Shown: one piece after another, positions 18,737-28,019 of the stretch
Layout of the letters: every line of letters begins with the position of its first letter
How positions within the stretch are numbered: the first letter of the stretch is position 1
Virus record (IMG/VR): IMGVR_UViG_3300026484_000110
Origin: a virus
Length of the DNA: 64,000 bases
Direction: 5' to 3' (one strand)
Position numbers and translations under genes: made by a program
The notes under the pieces: generated by a model
The model's database searches: none
What the model was told of the DNA's origin: nothing
Seen by the model: the letters and a program-made list of their open reading frames with translations, nothing else

Positions 18737-20248
18737 ATGATAACTATTAATAAATTTAAACAATTTTTCACAATTACTTCCGATATGTTCGATAAACTAA
18801 TTTTTGATTTATTTTTATTTAATAAGAATTTAAAGACTTTTAAAAGACCTAGTAAAAGAAGTAGAAATCAAAAAGTACAAGTAGATAAAGAATTTTTTGT
18901 AATAGATTATAGAAATAATGTAATAAGATATCCAATTACTGTACTGGGAGATATGCTAACTACGTTACAAACTCTTTATCCTAACGAAGAAATAAAGATA
19001 GATGATGTAAAACCTGTAATAGGTAAAAATATAGAAATAGAGACAACACATGGATTTGAATTAAGAGATTATCAGAAAACTTATAAAGAATCTATGTTAA
19101 AGAATTTTAAAGATAAGCATACTACAATTGTAAACCTAAGAACAGGAGGGGGTAAGTCTATTTTAGCATTAGAGATGTTAGCTGAAATAAAAAAGAGATT
19201 TCTAATACTGGTATTACCTATGTATATAGAAAAATGGATAGGGGATGTAACTAGTAACACTAATATAAAACCTGAAGAAATTTATGTAATAAGAGGTAGT
19301 GATAGCTTAAGAAAACTATTTGAATTACCTAAAGAAGAAAAAGATAAAATAAAGTGTTATATTGCATCTATGTCTACTATTAGTAAATATATAAGAGAAT
19401 GGTTAAATGTGGACGAGATATTTAGTTTTTCTGTATCTCCAGATAAAATAGCAGAAGAATTAGATTTTTCAGTAGTATTGAACGATGAGTCTCATTTGGA
19501 ATTTCATAATGTGTTTAGATTTATGTTATTTGCTAATGTAAATTTCTTATTAGGACTCACAGCTACTTTAGATACGAATGATTATAGATTAAAGAAAATG
19601 CATGCATTGTTATTTCCTGAAGAACATAGATTACAAAACTTAGTAGATAAACGCTATATAAATGTGATATCCATTAAATATCATTTTAGAAATCCTAAAC
19701 GTATTAGATTCGATAGAGGATTTGGATATAATCAAGCTACATTTGAACAATCTATTATCAGAAACTCAGATATGTTAGAGAGGTATTTAAAAATGATTTT
19801 TGATATCTATTTAGCTGGTTATGCTAAATATAAAACAGACGTAGATAAGTTATTAATATTTGCAGGTACTATAGAAATGTGTACTTTAATCAGAGATTAC
19901 TTTAAAGATAGAGTTAAGGATTTAAACATTATAAAATATAATAGCGGGGAAGACGAATATAGCAGCATTGAAACAGCTGATATAATCGTATCTACTATTA
20001 ATAGTTTAGGCACAGCTGTAGATATTAAAAATCTGAGAGCAGTAATACAAACAGTAGCGATAGATAGTCCTGCAGCCAATAAACAATCTATAGGTAGATT
20101 AAGGGACTTGAAAGATAGAGATGTTTACTTTTACTATTTATGGTCTGGTGATATAAAATCCCATAGACGATATAATTACAATCGAATTAAATATTTTAAA
20201 GATATTGCTAAAGATGTAAAATTTGTAGTCTATAAGAACAATATTTAA
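18737..20248 (+). CDS. Superfamily 2 helicase (phiKZ gp75-like)
   Basis: Walker A LRTGGGKS, Walker B NDESH, GLTATL, QSIGRLR. Confidence 0.88.
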   Translation: MITINKFKQFFTITSDMFDKLIFDLFLFNKNLKTFKRPSKRSRNQKVQVDKEFFVIDYRNNVIRYPITVLGDMLTTLQTLYPNEEIKIDDVKPVIGKNIEIETTHGFELRDYQKTYKESMLKNFKDKHTTIVNLRTGGGKSILALEMLAEIKKRFLILVLPMYIEKWIGDVTSNTNIKPEEIYVIRGSDSLRKLFELPKEEKDKIKCYIASMSTISKYIREWLNVDEIFSFSVSPDKIAEELDFSVVLNDESHLEFHNVFRFMLFANVNFLLGLTATLDTNDYRLKKMHALLFPEEHRLQNLVDKRYINVISIKYHFRNPKRIRFDRGFGYNQATFEQSIIRNSDMLERYLKMIFDIYLAGYAKYKTDVDKLLIFAGTIEMCTLIRDYFKDRVKDLNIIKYNSGEDEYSSIETADIIVSTINSLGTAVDIKNLRAVIQTVAIDSPAANKQSIGRLRDLKDRDVYFYYLWSGDIKSHRRYNYNRIKYFKDIAKDVKFVVYKNNI

Positions 20249-20260
20249 AAGGGTTGAATA

Positions 20261-21562
20261 ATGAAAAACGTATTAGAAATTATTGAAGAACTACGTAATA
20301 CCAACAAAAGAAACGATAAGATTGAGATTTTAGAAAAATACAGGAATAACAAAGATTGGATTAAATTGTTAAAATATACATATGATACAAATAGACATTA
20401 TCAATTTTCAAAAATTGATAATGTCTCAGAATGTTCTAAAATTGAATTGGAAGATTATCTAAATGCTATATTTAGTATTCTGGATCTTTTAAATAGTAGA
20501 GAGATTACTGGTAGTAGTGCTTATGAAACTTTGTCTTGTCTTAGATATAATTTACCAGATGAATATAAAAATTTGTTGGATTTAATACTTAGAAGGAATT
20601 TAGATATTGGTGTGTCTGTAAAAACTTTTAATAAGGTATATGATAACTTAATTCCTGAATTTCCTGTACAATTAGCTGTAAAGAAACCTTTAAAGAAAAA
20701 AGATTTTCCTGTTTATTTAGAAGAAAAACTAGATGGTGTTAGAATACTAGTAGAAATAGGTAATGAGGAAATAATAGGTGTCTATACTAGAAAAGGAAAT
20801 GAAATCTTACTACCTAGTCTCAATAAGGCATTAAATTTATTTGTTAGATTTAATGCTAAATACAGAAACTATATATTAGATGGTGAATTAATAAGTAAGA
20901 AGTTTTCTCGTAAAAAATTATCAGGTTTTTTAAATAGCCAAATGCAAGATCCAAAACTTGACATAGACGATAGTCATTTAGTTTATTATGTATTTGATAT
21001 AATAACCAAGGAGGAATGGGAAACTAGAAAATCTGTAATTTTATCAGAAAGAAAGAAAAGGTTAGATGCGTTATTCGATAGATACTATTCTGATACCATA
21101 ATAAAGGTACCATATGAAAAAGTAGATTATACAAATAGAGAACGTATTGATGAAAAGTTCCATGAAGTCTTGCAAAATGGTAAAGAAGGTATAATGATTA
21201 AACCTGTTAATAGGGAATACGAGTTTAAACGTAGTGACGCTTTTAGAAAATTAAAAGCAGAAAACACAATTGATTTAAGGGTAGCGGGCGTTACTGAGGG
21301 CAGTGGTAAATATAAAAATATGATTGGTAGTTTACAATGTGAAACAGATGACGGTAAACTAAGAGTATCGGTTGGTAGTGGTTTAACAGACAAGGATCGT
21401 GATTTGCCTAAAGATTATTATATAGGAAGAATTGTAGAAGTAAAATATAACGAGTTTATTACTGATGATAACGGTAATTTATCGTTATTTTTACCAGTCT
21501 TTAATGGTATCAGATTTGATAAAGATGAAACGGATTTAATAAAAGGAGTCAAAAATGATTAA
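20261..21562 (+). CDS. lig: ATP-dependent DNA ligase
   Basis: EKLDGVR (KxDG), LDGEL, YVFD, EGIMIK, KLK motifs and C-terminal OB fold (VGSGLTD...FLPVF). Confidence 0.92.
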   Translation: MKNVLEIIEELRNTNKRNDKIEILEKYRNNKDWIKLLKYTYDTNRHYQFSKIDNVSECSKIELEDYLNAIFSILDLLNSREITGSSAYETLSCLRYNLPDEYKNLLDLILRRNLDIGVSVKTFNKVYDNLIPEFPVQLAVKKPLKKKDFPVYLEEKLDGVRILVEIGNEEIIGVYTRKGNEILLPSLNKALNLFVRFNAKYRNYILDGELISKKFSRKKLSGFLNSQMQDPKLDIDDSHLVYYVFDIITKEEWETRKSVILSERKKRLDALFDRYYSDTIIKVPYEKVDYTNRERIDEKFHEVLQNGKEGIMIKPVNREYEFKRSDAFRKLKAENTIDLRVAGVTEGSGKYKNMIGSLQCETDDGKLRVSVGSGLTDKDRDLPKDYYIGRIVEVKYNEFITDDNGNLSLFLPVFNGIRFDKDETDLIKGVKND

Positions 21563-22112
21563 AATTAATAACTTAGAATTTACAATTAATAAAAAGGAAC
21601 AAGTAGATGCTTTAAACAATGGGGAACTTTCTGTAATATATGATGGTGTTGATGAAACATGGAAACCTTACGTAGAGTTTACTGAAGAGTATCTTAATAA
21701 ACTTGAAGAATTTAGATATTTACCAGATGAGCTAATAAAATACGAAGAACAGAATAAAGATAAAATAAAATACTTTAGACCTATAATTGAAGTATCTTGT
21801 AGGAATGGAACTATTAGATACATGTCTGCTATTCTTAAGGAGATTGAATTAATAGATAATCCGAGAATTAATCCTGAACTTAAGAAACCGTATCCTATTA
21901 ATGATCCAAATTGGAAAGATACCGCCATAGTAAAAAATAGAGAAGAGAGAGTAATTAAACTAAACCTTGAATTAGGTAATCCTTCTATAGTGTCTTTAAA
22001 AGAAAAAAATAAAGATAGTAAGGTTATCTTTGAACTACATAATCAGTTTAAATACGGGATTCCTGCTTTACCAAAATATGTTTATAAATTTATAGAGAAT
22101 AAGTCTCTATAA
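21555..22112 (+). CDS. Hypothetical protein
   Basis: 185 aa, SD AAGGAG, ends in terminator hairpin. Confidence 0.6.
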   Translation: MIKINNLEFTINKKEQVDALNNGELSVIYDGVDETWKPYVEFTEEYLNKLEEFRYLPDELIKYEEQNKDKIKYFRPIIEVSCRNGTIRYMSAILKEIELIDNPRINPELKKPYPINDPNWKDTAIVKNREERVIKLNLELGNPSIVSLKEKNKDSKVIFELHNQFKYGIPALPKYVYKFIENKSL

Positions 22113-22116
22113 ATTT
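22086..22116 (+). terminator. Intrinsic terminator
   Basis: AAATTTATAGAGA / TCTCTATAAATTT. Confidence 0.65.
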
Positions 22117-22131
22117 CCAATTTTTTTCATT

Positions 22132-22144
22132 TATATATTACTAA
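22132..22144 (+). promoter_or_regulatory. Putative early promoter
   Basis: TATATATTACTAA, 45 nt before ATG 22177. Confidence 0.7.
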
Positions 22145-22176
22145 TACGAGAATAAAACAAATTAAAGGAGTCTATT

Positions 22177-22347
22177 ATGAAATTTATATTAATGTTCGCA
22201 CTTATCTCGCTTATAAGCGTTAGTTTAGGTGTACAATTTGGTGAAGTTGCTTGTGGGTTGAGCTGGATAATAGGTCTGTCAGTCCTATTTCTAGAAGAAA
22301 GATTAGAATTAAGTAAAGATAAAAGGGATCTATCATGTCAGCATTAA
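22177..22347 (+). CDS. Small membrane protein (56 aa), not in ORF track
   Basis: SD AAAGGAG, ATG 22177, MKFILMFALISLISVSLGVQFGEVACGLSWIIGLSVLFLEE...; follows early promoter motif. Confidence 0.6.
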   Translation: MKFILMFALISLISVSLGVQFGEVACGLSWIIGLSVLFLEERLELSKDKRDLSCQH

Positions 22348-22967
22348 TAAAAACAAATAATAGAAATGAAAAAGGTACATTATATATTGCGTTAGTTGAA
22401 GTTACCAGCAGAGGTGGTGGGTTATATGACGTAGTGCAATTTTTTAAAAGGACAGGGTCCGATAATGCTGCACTAAACTGGTTTGAAAAACTTGAGAGAG
22501 ATGCTCGTAGAGGAAAGTGGAATATCCATAATACCGGTAAAATACCGGGAATATGGGATTTTATTACTAGAAATTACATCCTGATCTCAGCAGCGACTGC
22601 TGGGCAGGATACACTTGAGATTGGGTTTCACAAGAGAAATCCGACTGTTAAAGACTGGGTGGAATTTGACGAAAAAGGAGGTTGTACATACAAGAAGCAG
22701 GTATCGTGTACCAGCGAGATAGTGCCAGACATTCTAATAACTGGTGGATGGGATCCTGCATTAACCTGTAATCCAAAGGGGGGTGTCTGTAATCTCAGTT
22801 GGAATTGCGGTACAAGGAATAACCCGGAGGATTGCGAAACAAAAATCAGTTATAGAGATGTTCCGGTCATATTTCATATTCACCCGGAACCCGGAACGGT
22901 TTCTAGACAGTCATTTTACATCTGGAATTTACCACAAGGATGGGGATGGCTGGTAAAACCTGAATAA
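22335..22967 (+). CDS. Cys/Trp-rich hypothetical protein with elevated GC
   Basis: 210 aa; counted 203/480 G+C (42%) over 22441-22920. Confidence 0.65.
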   Translation: MSALIKTNNRNEKGTLYIALVEVTSRGGGLYDVVQFFKRTGSDNAALNWFEKLERDARRGKWNIHNTGKIPGIWDFITRNYILISAATAGQDTLEIGFHKRNPTVKDWVEFDEKGGCTYKKQVSCTSEIVPDILITGGWDPALTCNPKGGVCNLSWNCGTRNNPEDCETKISYRDVPVIFHIHPEPGTVSRQSFYIWNLPQGWGWLVKPE

Positions 22968-23023
22968 ATTCTCTCTTCCCCTTTTTCTTTTTTGTCTGAA
23001 AAGTTAAAATTAAGGAGTGATGA

Positions 23024-23494
23024 ATGGCTACAGTAGAAAAAGGTAGTATAGACTTATGTGATATGAATGTTACCTTTACAGCAAAAGATATAGTAGAATT
23101 ACAACAAGTTATTGTTAATAACAATATTTATACCATTGAGGGCCTAGTAGAATATTTTAACAATAAATTTACTTGTAATAAGGTAATAGATTTTTTAAAA
23201 CTTTTATACAGAGAAGGAATTAAATTAACACCTAAATTAGAATTTAAACCTATAACAGAAAAATGCCTAGTTACAAATGGTGAATTTAAATTAAAAAGAC
23301 GACCTTTAGCAATGGACGATAGTTATTTTATTAATAACCTCGTAGTGGTCAGACTATTTAACGAGGATGGTGAATTAACCAATATGTACGAATTCTACGA
23401 TGACGTAGATGTAGATTTAAATAATTTAAAATGTAAACTATCTAAGGATACAGTGAATGGAATAGCTAGTGTGTCCTACTTCACATTTTCATAA
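23024..23494 (+). CDS. Hypothetical, probably virion-associated protein
   Basis: SD AAGGAG; C-terminal beta domain resembles that of the next ORF. Confidence 0.5.
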   Translation: MATVEKGSIDLCDMNVTFTAKDIVELQQVIVNNNIYTIEGLVEYFNNKFTCNKVIDFLKLLYREGIKLTPKLEFKPITEKCLVTNGEFKLKRRPLAMDDSYFINNLVVVRLFNEDGELTNMYEFYDDVDVDLNNLKCKLSKDTVNGIASVSYFTFS

Positions 23495-23574
23495 TCTTTT
23501 TCTATTTTGATATGATGTATTTAATACATTTATAAATGGGTTATTACCTATTAGAATATTAGAAGGAGATTGTC

Positions 23575-24396
23575 ATGCCACAAATCATGTTTAAAAAAGA
23601 TCTAGATCAAGACGCTAGTATACTTGATTTATATAATACTAAAGTAGATTTAACTGCATTCAATGCAGCCATTAATGATATTAATACAAATATTACAAAT
23701 TTACAAAGTAAGCATGAAAGCGATATTAATGACTTACAAACATATATAGATGATCAAGTACAGAGTCTTAAAGATAATGAGATTAAATCACTTCAAGATG
23801 CAATAACATTATTAAATGCTGACAGTAATACTGAAGGTTCTGTAGATTACAAAATTAAAACTGCTTTGGATGCATTAATTAATGGTGCTGGAGAAGCATA
23901 CGATACGCTTAAAGAAATAGTAGATTATATTAACAGTGAAGCGAGTGATTTCCAAGGTCTAATTGATAACCTAAATGCAAAAATCGACGCAATAGTAGGT
24001 AATGCATCTGATGATTATAATACATTAGAAAAAATTGAACAGAGAATTAAAGAGGTAAAAGACCAAGTTGCAGATATGCAAGGCGATACTAGTAATTCTT
24101 TAGCAGACGTACAAGCATCTATTCCACAATATAATTTTGAAAAAGACTTAGCTGTAGCTGAAGGTAATAAAATTACACTAGCTAAAGTACCAGCAAGTGG
24201 AATTGTATTTAACAGCGAAGCAAAAGTATACATTACTGATAATGATGGAAATATGATTATTACAGGTATCTTTACATGTGTAAAAGATCCAGATGACGAC
24301 AGTGGTAAAGTATTTAAAATCGAATGTCCAGTTGAAATTAGCTCTGATAGTAAAGCAATGGTATCATACTTCTGGAGAGAAGCAGATCAAGCTTAA
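23575..24396 (+). CDS. Fibre/decoration-like coiled-coil virion protein
   Basis: Heptads plus two GA.EAYDTLKEI-type repeats typical of phage fibre proteins. Confidence 0.55.
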   Translation: MPQIMFKKDLDQDASILDLYNTKVDLTAFNAAINDINTNITNLQSKHESDINDLQTYIDDQVQSLKDNEIKSLQDAITLLNADSNTEGSVDYKIKTALDALINGAGEAYDTLKEIVDYINSEASDFQGLIDNLNAKIDAIVGNASDDYNTLEKIEQRIKEVKDQVADMQGDTSNSLADVQASIPQYNFEKDLAVAEGNKITLAKVPASGIVFNSEAKVYITDNDGNMIITGIFTCVKDPDDDSGKVFKIECPVEISSDSKAMVSYFWREADQA

Positions 24397-24407
24397 TCTA
24401 ATTATTA

Positions 24408-24435
24408 ATACTAGAGTCCTTAAGGACTCTAGTAT
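24408..24435 (+). terminator. Terminator (28-bp perfect palindrome)
   Basis: ATACTAGAGTCCTTAAGGACTCTAGTAT. Confidence 0.7.
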
Positions 24436-24450
24436 CTATTTATTTTTATC

Positions 24451-24463
24451 TTTATATTATTAA
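24451..24463 (+). promoter_or_regulatory. Putative early promoter
   Basis: TTTATATTATTAA, 40 nt before ATG. Confidence 0.55.
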
Positions 24464-24490
24464 ATAGAAAACCATATGAAGGAGTGAAAA

Positions 24491-25225
24491 ATGAATGTAA
24501 TTAATAAATTAAGAAATGCTACTGAATTTCTATATCAATTAGAAGCTTTATTAAGAAAGGGCTATAAAAGAGATGCTATTGAAATGTCTAGGGAATATTG
24601 CAGTAGTGAACATATAGATTGTAGACAATGCGACGTAGTGTTAAAAGATGTATTTCAAGACGAAAAAGATATTAGTGGATTTGAGGTAGACTATATTATT
24701 GGAGGTTGTTGTTATCATGTTTTACAATATTTAGCTGCTTGCGAAAAAAATTATTTAGATCAAATATTAGGATATAGTTGGTATCATAATTTTAGAGTAG
24801 TTGATAAACTATTCGATTATGAAGAACTAAAAAATATGAAGCCATTTGGTCCTGGTGTCTTATTTAATACTAAATTTGGTCATAGTTTTATTATCTCTGT
24901 AGAGAAAAGAAATAAGTTGTTAAAAGAAATGAATGGATGGGTAGATTTAAATTATCTAAATGGTATATCTATTTCTATAGAATTAGTAAATGGTAATATT
25001 AATGACATATCGACAAGGTTAACATATCCAATTATGACTGATGAAGTTGTTGCTTGTAATGCGAGTGTATTTGGTTTTGCTGAAATTCTTTTGTCAAAAG
25101 CTAAACATAGTCCTAACATTTTAACTAAAGGAGCAGTAGAACATGTTCTAAATGAATACATTAGTGAACTAATGTGGACTGGTTTAGGTACAAAAGTAAT
25201 GAAAGGATTAAACGATGAGGATTGA
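24491..25225 (+). CDS. Hypothetical early protein
   Basis: 244 aa, SD AAGGAG, early motif upstream. Confidence 0.6.
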   Translation: MNVINKLRNATEFLYQLEALLRKGYKRDAIEMSREYCSSEHIDCRQCDVVLKDVFQDEKDISGFEVDYIIGGCCYHVLQYLAACEKNYLDQILGYSWYHNFRVVDKLFDYEELKNMKPFGPGVLFNTKFGHSFIISVEKRNKLLKEMNGWVDLNYLNGISISIELVNGNINDISTRLTYPIMTDEVVACNASVFGFAEILLSKAKHSPNILTKGAVEHVLNEYISELMWTGLGTKVMKGLNDED

Positions 25226-25706
25226 CGTAAGATTAACCAAAAGAAAGACCGAGTTATTAGAGCATACGTATTACGAGGTTGATATACGTATAAAAACGTT
25301 GTTTTACTGGAAAAAATTAGATGGTCCGAAAGAAACAATTCAACATTTATTAAAAAGGAATTATTCTAAAGAAGTAAATGCAAAATCTTTGTTGTACAAT
25401 ACTAACGTTATGTCTAAGCTAATACATGAGATAGACAATGAAAATGAAATTGTACTAACAAATGAAGACATCCTTTATAGAGGTAGTTGGGTATTATATT
25501 CTAGAAAGAAAGGAAATTGTTATAGAGGGGAAGAATGTCTAACTGATAATATAAATGATTTTTCCGAAGAACAACTAGAAATGATAGCCACTAAACTGTT
25601 TAGAAAATTCATAGCCTGTACTCTTGGTAATATACCTGTATGGCGGACAATTAGAGATAAAAACAATTATGAAAACGGTTATATTAAACACATGATATGT
25701 GAGTAA
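25215..25706 (+). CDS. Hypothetical protein
   Basis: 163 aa, translationally coupled. Confidence 0.55.
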   Translation: MRIDVRLTKRKTELLEHTYYEVDIRIKTLFYWKKLDGPKETIQHLLKRNYSKEVNAKSLLYNTNVMSKLIHEIDNENEIVLTNEDILYRGSWVLYSRKKGNCYRGEECLTDNINDFSEEQLEMIATKLFRKFIACTLGNIPVWRTIRDKNNYENGYIKHMICE

Positions 25707-25725
25707 GATTATGAAAGGAATAATT

Positions 25726-25962
25726 ATGTTAGAGGTGATAAAGAAAGGTCTAGTTTTAGACAAAGAAGGTAATTTAATTTCACCATACGTTAAATTAAAC
25801 AAAAAGGAAAAAATACAAATGATTTGGTTTATGACAGTATATTTTCCTATGCACCAGCATATAAACGTATGGGCTAAATGGATAAATATCTTTAATAAAG
25901 GAGTAAATAATGAAAAAGATTACATGCGAACTTTTACTGGAAGTTATAGAAGAATTAAATAA
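25726..25962 (+). CDS. Hypothetical protein
   Basis: SD AAAGGA favours ATG 25726 over GTG 25699. Confidence 0.45.
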   Translation: MLEVIKKGLVLDKEGNLISPYVKLNKKEKIQMIWFMTVYFPMHQHINVWAKWINIFNKGVNNEKDYMRTFTGSYRRIK

Positions 25963-26137
25963 AGAAGTGGAAAAAGTAAATGTATTGGACAAAGAGCGTA
26001 GAATTGAAGCATTGGAAAAATTCCGTGGAGTAGTAACTAACATAGCTTTAGTCGTAAAACATAATAAAGGAGCAAATAATGGACAAAATCAGACAAAAAC
26101 TAATAGAAGAATTAATCAGTCTACAACAAGAATATAG
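25910..26137 (+). CDS. Small helical hypothetical protein
   Basis: SD AAAGGAG; 75 aa. Confidence 0.5.
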   Translation: MKKITCELLLEVIEELNKEVEKVNVLDKERRIEALEKFRGVVTNIALVVKHNKGANNGQNQTKTNRRINQSTTRI

Positions 26138-26279
26138 AGCAGAAACGGATCCTAAAAAGAAAGAAAAAATATGGAGAGAAATAAGAACGGTACAGACTTT
26201 GGGAATTAATTCTCTCTACGGAGCTTATAGTAATTCTGAGTCCAAATTGTTTAGTAATAAAACATTAGATAGGAGATGA
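26079..26279 (+). CDS. Micro-protein resembling the PolB fingers subdomain
   Basis: SD AAAGGAG; helix-turn-helix ending in GINSLYGAY (cf. PolB motif B KxxxNSxYG). Confidence 0.5.
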   Translation: MDKIRQKLIEELISLQQEYRAETDPKKKEKIWREIRTVQTLGINSLYGAYSNSESKLFSNKTLDRR

Positions 26280-26290
26280 TTATCTCCTAT
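26269..26290 (+). terminator. Intrinsic terminator
   Basis: ATAGGAGAT / ATCTCCTAT followed by T run. Confidence 0.7.
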
Positions 26291-26361
26291 TAGTTTTTCT
26301 TTTTTGCCCTCTTTTGAACATTTCATGAATATTTAAAGCTATAAGGTAATAAGGAGATAAT

Positions 26362-27273
26362 ATGTTAGTTTTATTCACAACGCCACCTGTTCTAAGTCCA
26401 GGTTGGACACATGATGCTACAGATTGGCAAGTAGCAGAGGATGAGGATTTTCAGAATATAGTTTTAGAATCTCTAGGTGATACAGAAAATAAATTAGTTA
26501 AAATATTTGACGATAAAGATCTGGATATAAATAAGGTTTATTATGCTAGGTCTAGAATTGTATTTAATAAAGGTTTAGCAGAATGGTCTAATGTTGAAGT
26601 AATAAAATTAAAAGATAGAAATACAATTAATGTTACAACAGATATACCTACATTAGTAGGTCTACCTGAAGTAAACATAAACTTTAATCCTAATAATGTA
26701 CCTAGTACATTTTTTACTATCAATACTAGTAATTTTACATGTACTAGTAATGCTAAACATATGTCCACTAGTTATATAATTGAAGATAGTGATGGTAGAG
26801 TAGTGTTTTCTGATTTAAATAACAGTACCAATTTAACCAGTTTATTTGTATCAAACATAGTATTAAAAGAAGGCGAAGTCTATACTGTAAAAGTGACTCA
26901 TGAATCTAGTAGTAACGATGTTTCACCTATAGGTATGTTTACATTTACAGTACCTAAAATAAACGAAATAGAGGTACTGTCTGATACTACTAATGTAGAC
27001 GTTAGCAATGATGATTACATATTAAAATTAAAACCGATAGATGATGTAAAGAGTATTAATGTTAAATTATATTCAGTAGCAGAAAATCAAGTTGATGAAT
27101 TAACAAATAAGGATAGTGATGTCTTTACTATTACTTTAGAGAGAGATTTGTTTAAAGATATTACTAGGTTTTATATTATTTCTGTAACCTATACAATGGA
27201 TAATGACCGTATTATTGGTCCTAAATACATACCGTTAACTACTTATCAAACTTTAGAACAAGAAACTAATTAG
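26362..27273 (+). CDS. Ig/FN3-like repeat virion protein
   Basis: Two H.(A/S)T(D/S)(W/Y) repeats shared with ORFs 47057 and 52530. Confidence 0.55.
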   Translation: MLVLFTTPPVLSPGWTHDATDWQVAEDEDFQNIVLESLGDTENKLVKIFDDKDLDINKVYYARSRIVFNKGLAEWSNVEVIKLKDRNTINVTTDIPTLVGLPEVNINFNPNNVPSTFFTINTSNFTCTSNAKHMSTSYIIEDSDGRVVFSDLNNSTNLTSLFVSNIVLKEGEVYTVKVTHESSSNDVSPIGMFTFTVPKINEIEVLSDTTNVDVSNDDYILKLKPIDDVKSINVKLYSVAENQVDELTNKDSDVFTITLERDLFKDITRFYIISVTYTMDNDRIIGPKYIPLTTYQTLEQETN

Positions 27274-27283
27274 GATTAAAAAA

Positions 27284-28018
27284 ATGATTAAACTAGATGT
27301 ATCAGAATTAAAAAGAGATCCTGAATATTTTAAACCTATCTTAAAACAAACTGGAGAAACAGTAATTACTAAAAAAGATTTAGTGGTATTGTTTCCTCAG
27401 AAGTTTGTGGATAAGGGATTATCGGAATTAGGAACTACATGTTATGTGATGGGTATAATGGCTCTTGTAGACTTAGAAGCTAAACGCTATACTGTAATTA
27501 AAGTACCTGGGAGAATTCAAATGCAACCTGCTGAAATAGATACCGCGGTTATAAACGATACCGAATATGTGCTTTTAGAATTTATGGAAGATACCGATAT
27601 AATATCTAATAATAACATAGTAAAAGAAGCAGGTTATATGTTTGATATTTTTGATTTATTATTAATTAAATCGAAAATACCTTGGTATCTTAATTATAAA
27701 GACGTAGTGGAAGTATTTGATAAGATTAATAAATATACAGGTAGTAAGGCAGCAGATAATAGAGCAGTTATTGAGCTTTTAACATCCATAGTAGCCAGAA
27801 TAAAAAAGAATAAAAAAATACAATATCGTAATTATGTAAATGAAATAGGTAAAGAAAACGAAAAAGAATTAGAATGGGTAGGGTTAGAAAATATTTTTTA
27901 TAGTTTTAATTCTACCGTATCCAAGATAGCTGGTAGTTATATGGAGTTAGGATTGGTATCAGCTATTATTAATCCAGAAAAAGAAATTTCGGATTTAGAA
28001 CACGTCTTAAGGGAATAA
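27284..28018 (+). CDS. Conserved core protein upstream of head protease (phiKZ gp174-like)
   Basis: Synteny; ...SKIAGSYMELGLVSAIINP C-terminal motif. Confidence 0.5.
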   Translation: MIKLDVSELKRDPEYFKPILKQTGETVITKKDLVVLFPQKFVDKGLSELGTTCYVMGIMALVDLEAKRYTVIKVPGRIQMQPAEIDTAVINDTEYVLLEFMEDTDIISNNNIVKEAGYMFDIFDLLLIKSKIPWYLNYKDVVEVFDKINKYTGSKAADNRAVIELLTSIVARIKKNKKIQYRNYVNEIGKENEKELEWVGLENIFYSFNSTVSKIAGSYMELGLVSAIINPEKEISDLEHVLRE

Positions 28019-28019
28019 T

